Assembly (NCBI GenBank): GCA_013265495.1
Contig: MU058531.1
Location: 1,486,911 to 1,550,910 of the forward strand
Source of the DNA: Vicugna vicugna
Lineage: Eukaryota
Direction of reading: 5' to 3'
Length of the DNA: 64,000 nucleotides
Position numbers and translations under genes: made by a program. The notes beneath the pieces were generated by a model. That model was given only the letters and a program-made list of their open reading frames with translations. It was not told the DNA's origin and did no database searches. Numbering within the stretch: position 1 is the first letter of the stretch; each line of letters begins with the position of its first letter. Below, in pieces: positions 1-13,312 of the stretch.

Positions 1-44
1 TCGTATTTTATCTGAGCATCATAGCAATCGTGTACAATAGAGTA

Positions 45-650
45 GATACTAGCATTGCTGCATAACAAATTCTCACAAACCCAGTAGCTTAAAAACAATA
101 CCATTTATTAGCTCACAGCTCTTTAAGTCAGAGGTCGTGGTGGGTGTGGCTGGATTTTCTTCTTGGGGTCTCCCAAGGTGGAGGCTGGACTGTACTCTGG
201 GGAAGAACCCTTCTCCAGGCTCCTCAGGTTGCTGGCAGAACACCTTGTTTGCAGTTGTAAGACTGAGGTCCTTTCTCCTCGCTGGCTGTCAGCCGGGGCT
301 GCTCTCAGCTCCCGGGGACCACTCACAGTTTGCCGCGGGGCTGCTCACAGGAACCTCCCGCTATACGGCAGCTGTTTCAGGGCTGATAGTAGGAGCCCTT
401 GTGTCACATCCCCTTCGTGCTTCCAGTGTCTCTGACTTTGTCTTCTACGACCAGTGGGGCAAAACTCTCTGCTTACAAAGGCCTCATGTTATTAGGTCCT
501 GCCTACCTGGATAATTTCCCTGTTTAAAGGTCAACCAGTTAGTAGCCTTAATTAGATCTGCGCAATCCCTTTTGTCATATAATACAATGTAATCAAGATG
601 GAACACCAGGAGGCTGAGAATCACAGGGCCATCTTAAAATTCTGCTTATC
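45..650 (-). mobile_element. MaLR solo LTR (MLT1D/E-like)
   Basis: ttgctgcataacaaat…cttaaaaacaataccatttattagctcacag…ggccatcttaaaattctgc resembles the reverse MLT1 consensus; boundaries approximate. Confidence 0.75.
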
Positions 651-662
651 AAACCCATTTTT

Positions 663-724
663 TTTAATGGAGGTTCTGGGGACTGAACCCAGGAGCACTC
701 TACCACTGAGCTATACCCACCCCC
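663..724 (-). mobile_element. Camelid tRNA-Ala-derived SINE (vic-1 type), internally deleted
   Basis: Reverse reads GGGTATAGCTCAGTGGTAGAGTGC…TCCTGGGTTCAGTCCCCAGAACCTCCATTAAAA; near-identical flanks tcaaacccattttt / tcacacccattttt (TSD). Confidence 0.8.
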
Positions 725-729
725 TCACA

Positions 730-845
730 CCCATTTTTTAAGTAAGGAAACTAGAGATCAGAGAGGGTAAATGACTTGGCCAAGGTCACACTGCTAAGTA
801 ACAGAATCAAAATTCAGCCTTACATTCTCTGACAACCAAACTCTT
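730..845 (-). mobile_element. MIR
   Basis: cccattttt…aaggaaact…gagagggtaaatgacttggccaaggtcacac (MIR core). Confidence 0.7.
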
Positions 846-2297
846 GTTCTCACAGATAGAGGAAACTCCTGATTGACTTGTTTCTCTTGCCTGATTAATC
901 GTATCACATTAATCATACAACTCTAATTACATCATCTCTATACTCCTTAATGCTTCCAAAATTAAATAAAAAATTTTTACCTTGACACTCAAGGATATTC
1001 ATAATATGACAGCTTTTCAACTTTATCTCCCACTTTTCTCCTACATGTAACTTATGTTTTAACTCTTCTGGATGCCTCGCATGTTCTTACCTCAGTTTTT
1101 GCAGTTTGTTCCCACTGCCTGGAATGTCCTCTCTCCTCTTCTCTACCCATCAGATCCTATCTGTTCTTCAGAGCTGCCTTTTTACTAAACCATTGCTGAT
1201 TCTTCCTAACCACATGTAATTTTTCCTGTCTTACGGCTTTGGGTTGTTGGTTACCTCTTTTAGCCTTTCAGTCTTGCATAGCATCATTTATGTACTTTAA
1301 TCTCCTAGACTGTATGTTTCATCCCCCGCGGAGCCCAGGGCAGTTGCCCTGTCCATCAGAGGGCCTTACGAGTATTTATCGCCTAGATGAAAACAAGAGA
1401 GAACTCTAGGGGTTGAGGGGAAATAGTCGTGAGGGTGGGTGCCCCAGAGCATTGACAGCAGCTGCCAGGGCAACAGCTTCATATGGTGCCCACCACATGT
1501 CAGGCACAGTTCTAAGCACTGTTTGGTTACTGACTCATGCAGTCCTTACAGCAGTCTGAGGTAAGAATGATTTTCCTTTTCAAGGATAAGGAAACTTAAG
1601 CCACAGAGAGTGGTAAGTGACTTGCCCTGCATGAACTTCCACAGCTGTTGAACAGCTGAGACTGGAAAGAAAGCCAGAGGTAGTTTAAAAGAGGGAGAGT
1701 TGGTGAAAGAAAAGGAAATGAGCCCAGAAGGAGGTCAAGGAACCAGGCTGTGCAATGACTTGCAAATTCAAGGGAAAAGAAAATTTAAAGAGGATTCAGT
1801 CCATAGTGCCATTGCTGAGGGAGGACTAGATGAGCAGCACTGAGACAAAGCTGAGGATTTGTTGGCGAATGTGTTTATTGGTGACTTTGGGCACAGTTTC
1901 AGTGGGATGGTATGAGGAGACTTCATGTGGTAAAAAGTTAAGGAATAGATTAGTGGTGAGGATCTAGGGGCAAGTGTAGATTAGCCAGTAGAGTCACTTA
2001 AACTGACAGAAGAGAAGAATGGACTCTTGCCGAGCTGTACAGTCAGTAAAAGGATCTAACCCAGAGGGAGAGATGAAAGTTGCAGTAGGAATATAAAATA
2101 AAAATGAAAGATAGAATAGAGAAGTGGTGCAAGGTTAGGAGGAATGCCAGCGCAGGGGCTGAGATGTGGGCTTCAGCAAGAAGAGACGGGCACTTCCTAC
2201 TCAGACTCTGGACAGCTGGGCAGAGAGGAAGTAGGAGGAGGAAATGGAAGTAGGAAACTCACTTCTCACCATAAATTCAATGGTCTCCATGCTGGGG

Positions 2298-2759
2298 GTG
2301 TTGGTTTCCTAGGGCTGCTGTGACAAGTACCACAGACTTGGCACAAGTGAGAGGAGAAATGTATTCTCTCTTGGTTCTGGAGGCTGGAAGTCTAAAATGC
2401 AGGTGTTGGCAGAGGTGGTTCCTTTTGAAGTTTCTGAAGGAACATCTATCCCCTGCCTGTCTCCCAGCCTCTGCTGGTTGCCAGTAACTGCTGGTGTCCT
2501 GTGGCTTGTAGATGCCTCACTTCAGTCACTGCCTCTATCTTCACATGGCCTTCTCCCCAGTATGTCTTTCTGTGCTCAAATTTCCCTTTTTTTATAAGGA
2601 CACCAGTCATTGGACTAGGGTCCATTCTAATGCAGTATGACCCCATCTTAACCTGATTACATCTGCAAAGACCTTATTTCCAAATAAGGTCACATCACAG
2701 GTTCTGGGGGGTTAGGACTTCAACATATCTTTTTGGCAGACACAGTTCAGCCCAGAACA
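2298..2759 (-). mobile_element. MaLR solo LTR (MLT1B/C-like)
   Basis: tgttggtttcctagggctgctgtgacaagtaccacagact…ttccaaataaggtcacat…gacacagttcagcccagaaca; TG…CA termini. Confidence 0.85.
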
Positions 2760-4459
2760 GGTTAGGAACCTTAGGGACACTGGAATGTCTGCTCTGGAGA
2801 ATGATAGAAAAGAAAGGGTGGATAGCCATAACCTTCTTTGTCTGAACTGTTTGTTCAAATGCCTTAGCCTTTGATTCCCACTGATTCGTGTATTCCATTC
2901 TTTGTGTACTGGTATCTTGACCTTTACACCCTGCTTGCCAGCTCGTTGCCCACAACCTGCCTGGCTCCTCCTCGGGTGGATGTATTGATTTGGACATGGT
3001 CTACCTACTTGAGCACCTACCACTTGTCTGCTCCCCTCTCATCTGTTCCATTCTTGTGGAATCTGGACTCAGCCCCACCCTGGGCTTGGGATATTTGTGT
3101 ACATCACTGTGGAGAACCAGGCCTCTTAGCAGACTTCCTTTACCACATGGGAACTCCTAGTGCTGACTTCTCATAGTGCTTCTGTCTGGAATCCACTTGA
3201 AGTCGGGTATGACATGGCGTTCATATGGGAGGGCTGCCGCAGAAAGAAGTCTGTTACCGAATGGGAAGTTAGACCAAGTCTTCCAACTGTAAGCATGTTT
3301 ATAATTCCTTGATCTTTTAGGAAACCTCTCTTGCCAGTAAGATTGTTTCCTCAAAGATGCATCATTCTTGGCAGTTTATTACAATTTCCCTCCCGCTATG
3401 ACCTATGCCGGGTATTCGCTAACAGCTTGTCTCCTTGTCTGATCTTCGAGTGGCATTAGAGAAGCTGCAAAAGCCCAGCGTGGGTTTACCTAACAGCTGA
3501 GGGATGCCCTTCCTCCCTGTAGATCACATGACTAGGTGTGCCTGTCGAGTTGGCTGTCCTTTTAAAGATCAGAGAAGTGTAGGAGTTTTACCTACTATAA
3601 CAGCTGCTAGGGATGATACATCTTCAGAGAAACAATATAAATGGTAAGTAACGGTGGAGGGAGGTTAACAGTTACTCTCTTCTATCTTCCTTTCTAAAGT
3701 GAGGATGCCCCTTTCAGATGATTTAAAACATCTTTGACTAGCACAGACCATCTTTAAAAGAAAGGAAATAAGTCCTCCCCATCCCTTTTGAAATATCTTT
3801 GTGCTCTTGGTGGTTTATAAAGAGGAGACATGAACTCTGTCATTTAGTTCAGGGGCACTGCTCCTTTCCCAGCTCAGTCCCTTTTATGAGCCCTGATGTG
3901 ACATAATGAACTGTCATTTTTACACACTCTGGAGACATGCGTCCCATGCTCTTTGCCACTGAAACAGCCAGGGAAGAACAGAGCAGGCTTCGGCTTAGAT
4001 GGGATTGGATCTGTGTGTGGTAGGCTGCTGTGATCTATTCACAAGTGAAGTACCACAGAGTTTTCACAGTTTCTCCAAGAGCAGCTTTAGAGGCAGACAG
4101 GGAAACAAACTGTTAGAAGAAACCCAGCCCAGGACTTGCCATCTGGGGAGAGAAAAGGACTTGCAGTAACTGCTGTAAGATTCCTACCTTGGAAGAAGTA
4201 TCTCCAAGGCCTCAAATGACCCCATCTCCCGGTTTTCTGGGAGAATGAATTGATTTTGGATGAATCTCCAAGATCCTTTTCTAGGTCGAGTGAGTAACCT
4301 TGGACCGAGCTTTTCCTAACCACACCTGTGGGAGAGATATATCTATCAAGAACTTGGAGTACATAACTGCATTGATTTGTTGACTTATGTGTCTTTACTA
4401 GTCTACAAGCTCCTTAAGTTTTTTTTTTTTTTTGAGAGGGAAAGGGCTAGTCTACTTTT

Positions 4460-4930
4460 TTATATTAAGTTAATTTTTTGAATGATTAACACATTCATGT
4501 GTTTCAAAAATCAAAACTAAATAGGTGTGTTTCAGATGTCTGACTTTCACACTCTTCCCTGCTGTCTTTTGTATCCTTTGCATCTTTATGCAAATAAAAG
4601 CAAATATTAATATACATTCTAATTTTCCACTTTACTTAAAAAGTAACTACCTACACATCGTCCAGCACCTTGTTTTTTTCACTTAAGGTACCCTGGATAT
4701 CTTTCTATATCAGTACTTAAAGAACTTCCTTACTCTTTCTTTATAAATACATTCCACTGTATTGGGTGTACTAAGATTCTATTAAAATAAATTGTTTATT
4801 TTGTCTTTTGCTATTGTAACCAATGCCACAGTGAATGGCTCTGTCCAGATGTCATTTTGTTCCCATGCAGGTTTATCTGTAGGATAGTCTTAGAAGTAGT
4901 ATTGTTGAGTCCAAGAGTAAATGCACTTAT
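4460..4930 (-). mobile_element. Old L1 (L1ME-like) 3' fragment
   Basis: attccactgtattgggtgtac…tttgctattgtaaccaatgccacagtgaat…tctgtaggatagtcttagaagt resembles the antisense L1 3' region. Confidence 0.6.
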
Positions 4931-5894
4931 AATCTCTGTGTTATCTCCAGGATCCAGGGTCCATGCTACACAGAGTCTTTACTCAGTAAATAGTTGACTG
5001 AATGAGGAAATATATGGGAGGTGCTTTTTCTGGGTTTCTGACCAGTTTGCCCTGTAACCTATCTCAACGCTGCAATAAATTCTCTAAGATACTTCCAGTG
5101 TAAGGCATGTATTCCATTAAAGATAACCATCTATAAAAAGGACTTTTGGGGATGTTTATAACTAGTCCCGTAAGAACATTTTGTGCATGCTTTTATTGGA
5201 GTTTTACAAACACACACACCACTGAATTTAGTCAAAAGTACATCTCCACACTCCAGTGAATGTATCACTTTATTTGGCTCTGATGGCTAAAGTCCTGTGA
5301 GTCAGAGTGGATATTTTTCCCCTCTTTCTTCCTTTCTCCCACTTGCAGTTTTATTTTTTGCCAAATGTTCAGGAAAGTCATCCTATAGACAGTGATGTAA
5401 ACACCACCTGTTATGACTAATCTCCTGCGGTCTCTCCCTGTTCAGTGGCTTCCCACTGCTGAGGTGGCCAAAAGCAGTACGAAGGTCTACACTGCTGGAG
5501 GGAGCCTCCGAAGTGTGGCTCGTCTGTCACCTGCCAGTACTCACAGCTTGTCAGTGGTGGTATTAAGTAAGAACAGAGTCTTTGAGTTTCCTACTCCCAG
5601 ACTCTCTCACTGGGGCCTTAGCCCTCATGAACCTTCATCTACTCATTCGTAGAATGAGGAAACGGGGCTTTGTGAGTTGTAAAATATCTTCACCTGAGTT
5701 TTATGATTTAAAGGGTTAGTTTTCCAACGTACTGATTTTATTAATCTTTGTTTTGTTTGACATTTCATAGTTTGCTAGCTCCTACTTCTATGTAAGTTTA
5801 GGATTCAGTTTTGCTGCTTGTTTTTATACCTGGTAGAGGGTTTGGCTTTGTTCAGTAGTGGAAAAACAGGGAGTTTGTAACTTCCCAGGGTGGA

Positions 5895-6065
5895 TTTGCT
5901 CTGTAACTTAGCAGCTGAATAATCTTGGAAAAATTACTTGCCCTCTCGTGCTTGTTTTCCTATCTGTACAAGAGGATAATAAAGAAGCTACCTCATAAGG
6001 TTGTAAGGAAAATGGAAAAAAGCATTTAAAAGCATTGTTTTGTGCCTTATGAAATGCACTAAATG
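5895..6065 (+). mobile_element. MIR
   Basis: atcttggaaaaattactt…ttttcctatctgtacaagaggataata…ctacctcataaggttgt. Confidence 0.65.
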
Positions 6066-7547
6066 TGAGGGTAATACATATAAGCAGTAAGTTGTAGGGC
6101 AGGGGATTGTGATGGCGCAGGACTGCCCATCACTCTTGCCTCATGAGTAAATGACCCCACAGGTTTTTTAAAATTTGAAACATGTCACACATATAGAAGA
6201 ATATAATCAACATTTGTATATGGTTTCAATAATAATAAAATGAAAACTCATGAACTTAACACTCAAATTTAAGAAAAAGAACATTACAGTCCCCTTAAAA
6301 GCTGCAGTGAGCCCACCCCAATCACATTGCCCTGCCTTTCTGTCCAGAGGTAGCTACTATTCCCTCAATTTTATAAAAGTTTAGTTACCTTTGTACCTTT
6401 CCATAAACAACAAACTGCTTAGTTTTGAAAAACTGGATAGCAAGCACAGACCTGGATGTGTAAGGGACAATATTGCCACTGTTAAATGAATATTTCCAGG
6501 AGATGATAACCAGAACAGAGTCTGTGAATCAGATCTGGCTCGGACTTCCCCAAAAATGTCCCTTCTGAGGTAGTCAGTGGGCAAGGTCATAAGTGAGTCC
6601 CAGGGAACAAAGGACAAATGTAAGGACACCTGACAGAGCTGCAATTTGCGCTGTGTATTAGATGTCTGGGAGACAGACGGCCTCTCCAGCTGTCAGGAGC
6701 GCCACAGGTTAGAGCAGTGAGGTGAACTGAGTGTCCGCAGCTGATTGAGACCAGTGGAGAGCAGGAATTTTATCACCCCGCTGGCAAGACAAATCAAAGT
6801 ACAGATAACAGTGTCATTCTGTCTTCAGTTAGAAAGAGTACAAAGACGGTCATGACAGGCACCAAAATTGCTCACTCATAGACCAGTCTGTTCTCATCTG
6901 TGCAGACTGCAGCTCTCATCTTTGGCTGTTGTGATTCCTGGTCCTGTGTATAATACGTCTGCATCTCCATCTCTCTGCTTCTATCTCTGTCTCTGGAAGC
7001 TTGTAGAGCTGTCACTTTGTCTTGGGGATTTTGGAATTGCACAGTGCTGAGCCTTGGTGTGGGTCTGCTTTCATTCTTTGTGCTGTGTATCTAGTAGGCC
7101 CTTTCCATCAAGCAGCTCATGTCCTTGAATTCCAAGAAATTTTCTAGAATATTTGTTATTGGTGATTTTCTCCCATATGCTTTTTCTAGCTTTTCTTTCT
7201 GGGTCCCCTATTATTCAAAACCCAGACTTTCTGAATGCTTCATGTTCTTACTTTTGCACTCCTATTTTCCATTTCTTTATCCTTCTACTCTATATTTTTT
7301 AGAATTTCCTGAAAACCCTTCTATTAAGTATTTTATTTCTGCTTATATGCTTTTCATTGACAAAAATTTTTTTCCCTTCTCTGAATATTTCTTTTTTTTA
7401 CAGTTCCTTCTTATTTCGTGATTGTACTTTTATCCCTCTGAGTGAATTAGTGATAGGTTTACATTTTTTTCCCTTCCTGCATGATTTCTGATTCTTCCAA
7501 GTTGTTTTTGCTTATTTGTTTTGGTGTCTGTCTTCCACGTTGGAATC

Positions 7548-7860
7548 ACCTGAAGGCTTGTTCACTCACATGCTGGTGATGTTGATTCTAGCTAGAATAC
7601 CTACTCCTGGCCTTTTCATTGGCAGCTTGGCTTCCTTGCAGCATGGTGACTGGATTCCAAGGGCGAGCATCCCAAAAGAGACAGCCAAGCAGAAATTTTA
7701 TTGCCTTTTGTAATCTAGTCATACAGCATCACTTCTGCCACATTTTTCATCAGCTTGGAGCCACTAAGGCTGGCCCATATTCAAAGGGAGAAGAATTGGA
7801 CTCCATCTTTTGATGGGAGGAATAGCGAAGCATTTATGGACACATTTTAAAACCACCACA
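7548..7860 (-). mobile_element. MaLR LTR fragment (MLT1F-H-like)
   Basis: cagcatggtgactggattccaagggcgagcatccc…catcacttctgccaca…tttgatgggagg…ttttaaaaccaccaca. Confidence 0.7.
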
Positions 7861-10034
7861 TCATGTGAATGTAAAATGTAGATCTAGAAAGGGAAGCCAG
7901 GTCTTTTGACTCTTTATTTCAGACCTTTTTCTTTTACCCTGTTGTAAGGCAAGAAGTTGTAACTAAAAGCAGGTCTTTAGATGACATATGAGTGTTAAGT
8001 TTCCAGGCTTCTTCAAATTTCCAGGCTTCTTAAATTTTTCTGTTATAGGTCATTATGTAGTTCACTCTAGTAGATAATTTTTTTCTACTTTTTTTGGCTG
8101 GTTTATAAGTCCTGTGCATTTTGTTCTTTAATGTTGTAGAGATGGAAATTAGAAGTTATTGAACCAGTGGTTTTCAAACCTATATTTGTTATTTTTTCTT
8201 TTCATAGCAAAACAGTTTTTGAAAAACAAAATTTTTCTTAGAGCATCATTATATGAAGCAGAGAAAAGCTGAGCTGCTTTGAGTACACATCAACACAGCA
8301 CCATTCCCCTGAGGTGGCCCTTGAAGTTCTTCTTGGGAATGACAGACTTAGGCCATCTTTTTCATTTTATGCCACAGCTGAGGCCTAAGGAGTTTCATGA
8401 AAGTTAGTAACCTAGCCAGCAACAGGACCTTAGCCCTTACTTGCAAGGCTGGTGCTTTTCCCATTACTTATTATTTAGTTACAGATTATTTGGGATGAAG
8501 CTTAGGGTATAGCATTTTGCAACAGTGTGTCACCAGCGGGAAACCTTTATATCAGTGTTTTCTCCCAGTAATAGCAGGATAAGGGACGGAGACCCAGGTT
8601 CCTCCTCCTGAACACCTAACCTACGTCAAGACTTTGTTTACCTTTGATGCCGCTGTTGCTACCTGTGCTGTCTGACCAGAAACAGTCTTCAGTTTCCTAA
8701 TCATGTGGCCAGTTTGCAATGTCAGTCTTCATCTTGGTGGCTACAGTTATGGAAAGCTACATATTATTGGTCTCCAACCAGAATCAGCCTGTGATAGCTT
8801 CTTGAGAACAGTGAGCTGGTAAAATTTGGCTAATAATCTCACACCCTTATGTATTGCTGTATTATGATCTTCACATTTTTAAAAATATACTACCAACCCC
8901 CACTATAACCCTTTTTCTTCTTATACTGGTATCAAGTGTTTTACTTAATGTTACTAAGCAACCAACTAAAATTGGCAACACTATATTAAAAGAAAGGGAA
9001 AATGATTACTGCTTATCAATTTAGCACAGAGTGTTCCCAAGTATTGGCTGAATGAAACCTAAATGACAGTTTCACTGATAAATTTATTTTGACTTTTTTC
9101 AGTGTATTAAGATATTCTGTATTTCAGAAAAAGCTGCATATGATAAAACAAAGATTCGTTCTATTTATAATATCAGTTTGAGATTTAATTAATTCCTCAT
9201 CGCCACAGTTATTGATTTTCTCTTTTGAATTAGATTTTAATAACCATCTGTGAGAACAGGCTGAAAGCCTGTCTCTGGAAACAATGCCTTGATATTCAGG
9301 GACATGTGAGCAGCTGTGAGCTGTTATTCTGCCTTTCTTAATAGTTGAATGTCACATCCTGTAGTTTGGCTTTCATTCACTAATGTGAGCAAAGGATTCT
9401 GCCTTTCTTTCTGACTCAAGTTCCATTAACATAGTACGTTAACATTCTTCATTACTCTTCAGTCCAAGTTACCTTCTGAACTAAAAATAAATTCCATCTG
9501 GGCCTCTGGTTCTAACCTCACCCTATAATCCTCTCAGCTTTGGCATTACAATTGCTCTTATGTAAGTATCTCCCCACTCTCAGTTTTTGCCAAAATCCAG
9601 TTCTCTTACTAATAAAAATTTCCCTCTTCCATCTCAGCATGGTATTAATAAAAATGAGTGGGTATAAAAATGTGTATATATGCTCTGTGAGTGAAGAAGT
9701 TAATTTATATGTGAATGAGTCTGTTTGTATCTAATAGTGGGTGTTTATACCCAGGTTGGGAAAGGTGTGTGGGAAGGGATAGGGAAGGATAAGCCTGGTG
9801 AAGAGGAAGAGAAACTATTCAGGAGCCTCAAAAGATAATAGTAACAAGACTGATGTTGGAGAGAGGTTCTTTTCTGTAACATTCTTTCCCATTAACAAAG
9901 ATTTCAAAGCCCATAAGAAATCATTTGCAGAGATACCTAATTTTACTTGCTAAAAAGTTGAACTTCTGTCCGATTTGTGCTTAAAGTACAAATTGCTAGA
10001 AATTGGACATTTCCATATTTAATAAAAATTATAA

Positions 10035-10175
10035 GGGAGAGGGTATGTATAGCTCAGTGGTAGAGTGCATGGTTAGCTTGCACAAGGTCTTAGGTTCAAT
10101 CCCCAGTACCGCCATTAAAAAAATAGTAAATCTAATTACCTCCCCCCAGTAAATAAATAAATAAAATATTTAAAA
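10035..10175 (+). mobile_element. Camelid tRNA-Ala-derived SINE (vic-1 type)
   Basis: A box TAGCTCAGTGG, B box GGTTCAATCCC, tail ctaattacctcccccc followed by (taaa)n. Confidence 0.88.
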
Positions 10176-10257
10176 AATTAATTATAGAACTGAATTAGAA
10201 ATTTAATCATCTGTTTTATACTTTCAGTATCATTGTTCTCTCCTTAAACCACTGAAC

Positions 10258-10424
10258 AGTGTTTCTCAGTGTGATCCCCAGACTAGCATGTTATAAATGC
10301 AGATTCTTGGGCCCCACTCCAGACCCACTGAATCACAAACTTTGAGACGGCCTTAGTAATCTGTGTGTTATTTCAACAAGATCTTCCAGTGATTCTGATA
10401 TACAATAAAATTTGAAAACCATTG
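10258..10424. mobile_element. MER5A-like hAT-Charlie MITE
   Basis: Termini cagtgtttctca…tgaaaaccattg; internal aaatgcagattcttgggccccactccagacccactgaatca. Confidence 0.8.
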
Positions 10425-10769
10425 CTGTTGAGTATAAGAAATTGGCATCTCTGTACTATCTTCTAATATGAAAGTTTGTTTTAAAAGATACCCTAACACT
10501 AATAAAATTTGTCTCAGTCTGTTGAAGTCAGTGACAGATCCAAGTTTAGATGCTTGATTGGGAGAGTGAATAAGGAAGGAGGACCTTATATCTATGTTAC
10601 TGCTATGATGATTGATACTGTTGTGTTTGCTTAGTTGAAATATATACCCTGATTACATTAGAGTGGAATTAAGTTCTATATATGTACATTTCATTATTGG
10701 AGAATTTAGAATCTATAAAATATTAATCTATTCTATTGTTTGGAAGTACTGATACTTGAGAAAATACAG

Positions 10770-12085
10770 TACCAAAGTAAAATGCTTAGTGGATGGGCTC
10801 AACAGCAGAATGGAGGGGATAGGAATTAATGAGCTGAAATATAGACCAATGGGAATTTCCCAATCTGAATAATAAAGAGAAAAATAGACTGGAAAGAAAA
10901 AGTCAATTGTTTCAGACCTGTGGAACTATAACCAAAGATATTATATTCTTGTCACTGGAGTCTTAGAAGGAGAGGAAAATGAGGGTAGGCTGAAAAAATA
11001 CTCAAGAAGTGACTAAAATCTTCCCACATTTGGCAAGAGACATAAACTTACAGGTGTAGGATGCTGAGCAAATCCCATACATGATAAACTCAAAGAATCC
11101 TCATCAAGTCACAATTAGACCTCTGAACACTAAAAACAACAGCAACAAAATGTTGAAAAGCAGCCAGAGAAACAGAACACCTTTACCTATAGGGGAAAAC
11201 ATTTCAAATGACAGCAGATTTCTTCTCAGTAACCATGGAGGCCAGAAGGAAATGGCTGAAAGAACTGCCAACCCAGAATCTTGTACTTGGCAAAAATATT
11301 TTTCAGGAATGGAGAGAATATCAAGACATTCTCAGGAAAATGAAAATGAAAAGATTTGTTGCTAGTAGATGGTCTAAAAGTATGAATTCAGAGGTTCTCT
11401 AAACAGAAAGAAAACAATAAAAGAAGGAATCTTCAAACATCAATAAAAAGAAGGAACATGATAAGCAAAAATAGGTAAATGCAATAGACTTTCCTTTTCC
11501 TTTTGTGTTTTCTAAATTGTGGTTGACAGTGGAAGCAAACATTATAACACTGATTGGTATGGTTCTAAATGTATGTAAGGAAATATTTAAGATAATTATA
11601 AACAGAGAAAGGTAAAGAAATGTCAAAGCAGTACAATTTCTATACTTCAGCTGGTAAAATGATGACACCAGTGGACCAAAATAAGTTATGTGTATACAAT
11701 GTAATATCCAGAGCAACCTTTCAGTAACACTGCAGATAAATCAAAATGAAATTCTGAAAAATGTCCAAGTAACCCATTGAGGTAGGAAAAATAAGAGAAA
11801 ACAAATAGAAAACAAAAAAATTAAATGACATATCAATAATTATATTAAATGTAAATGGTCTAAATATATCAATTAAAAGACAGAGATTGGCAGAGTAGAT
11901 TAAAAACATGCCCCAACTATATGTTGTCTACAAGAAACTCAATTCAAATATGGCAGTATGGGCAGGTTGAAAATAAAATGATGGAAACAGTAACAGCTAT
12001 ATTAACATCAGATAAAGTAGACTTAGAACAAAGAAAATTGCTGGAGCCAGAGAGTGATATTATGTAATGAGGGGTTTTGCCAAGA
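10770..12085 (+). mobile_element. Old L1 (L1M) fragment: ORF1 to start of ORF2 endonuclease
   Basis: Decayed ORF2 N-terminal motifs IILNVNGLN (~11836) and TICCLQET (11916); ORF1-like ggatgggctcaacagcagaatggag. Confidence 0.85.
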
Positions 12086-12628
12086 ATAGATGGATGCAGA
12101 GGGCCCATGCTGAGATCTGAAAGGAGCAGGTGACCCCATGAATTCTCAAATCCATGGCTCCCTTCCAGGACAGGGGCCCCTTCTGAGATTAGAATCAAAT
12201 CTGTGCAGCACTGGGACAATAGAAATTAAGGAAAGAGAGTACTTAAACATGGAGGAGGGAAACAGAGCCTGGAAATCTCAGAAAGCAAGCTGCAATATAT
12301 TTGCATTCTACATAAAAACAACAAAAAAGGGAGCTACCCCTTCTAAAAGTTTGGGGAAATTAATTTCAAATAAAATTGGTTACAGAAGAGAAGCAAGGTC
12401 AAATTCTATAGTTTTTAACTATAAAACTGTAGATTACAATATTTAATTACAAAATTTATTGTAATAAAAAAAGAATAAAAAACAGAGTAACAGCCACTTG
12501 AACGGTTAGAGCACGTCAGAAACACATGCCCACACACACACAAAAAAATACTCTTTCAAAATGAGCTAAAATTCATTAAGAAAATAATATAGCACTTGAG
12601 AAAAACATAAATCAGAATTGCAGAAACT

Positions 12629-12763
12629 AGGAGGGAGAGGATAGCTCAATGGTAGAATGTGTGCTTAGCATGCATGAGGTACTGCATTCAATCCCCAGTA
12701 CCTCCTCCAAAAATAAAATAAATGAATAAACCTAATCACTTCCCCCTGCATACACACACAAAA
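12629..12763 (+). mobile_element. Camelid tRNA-Ala-derived SINE (vic-1 type)
   Basis: TAGCTCAATGG…CTTAGCATG (Ala-AGC anticodon loop)…TTCAATCCCCAGTACCTCC; TSD agaattgcagaaact (12614-12628) / agaatcgcaaaaact (12764-12778). Confidence 0.9.
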
Positions 12764-13212
12764 AGAATCGCAAAAACTGAAAAAGGTGACAATAAAGAAA
12801 TTTGATTTTTTTCTTAATTTTAGAAATAAACTAGAAGGAATACAAGTAAACATAACAGGTAATACCATTAGAGAACTAGAAGATGGAAAGGAGGAAATAT
12901 TTAAAATTTAAAAAGAGATTGAGAGAAATTAGCTAAAATTGGAATAGGCAGAGTAAGGAAGAGCTGGTAACACTCTATTCCTTAACTGGTTAGTGATTTT
13001 GAAGATAGTTCATTAAGCCTTATAGTAATTTATTAAGCCATACATTTGTTGTATGAGGTTTTTCTGTACTTGTTTTATTTAACAGTTATAAGGTACTGAA
13101 ATGCAACAAAAAGACAAGAAATGAGCTGGTGGATATTTGGGAAAAAAATACATAATATGTTCATGTAAATTGGTAAGAAAATGCTAAATGCCAATAAAGA
13201 ATTGCATATGCA

Positions 13213-13299
13213 GGGGGTTGGAGGTATAGCCCCATACACAAGTCTTGGGTTCGATCACCAGTACTTTCATTAAAAAAAAAAAAAAAGATTAAAAAAAAA
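13213..13299 (+). mobile_element. Camelid SINE, internally deleted, with poly(A) tail
   Basis: ggaggtatagc…cacaagtcttgggttcgatcaccagtactttcatt followed by A-rich tail. Confidence 0.7.
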
Positions 13300-13312
13300 T
13301 GATTTGCACATA

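Noticed and set aside
6459..6857. Possible ancient TG…CA-bounded LTR between L1 fragments
   Set aside because: No clear TSD and I could not assign a family; needs a Dfam search.
10035..12763. tRNA-Ala genes
   Set aside because: Mismatched stems, SINE-specific tails, A-rich ends and TSDs show these are SINE copies.
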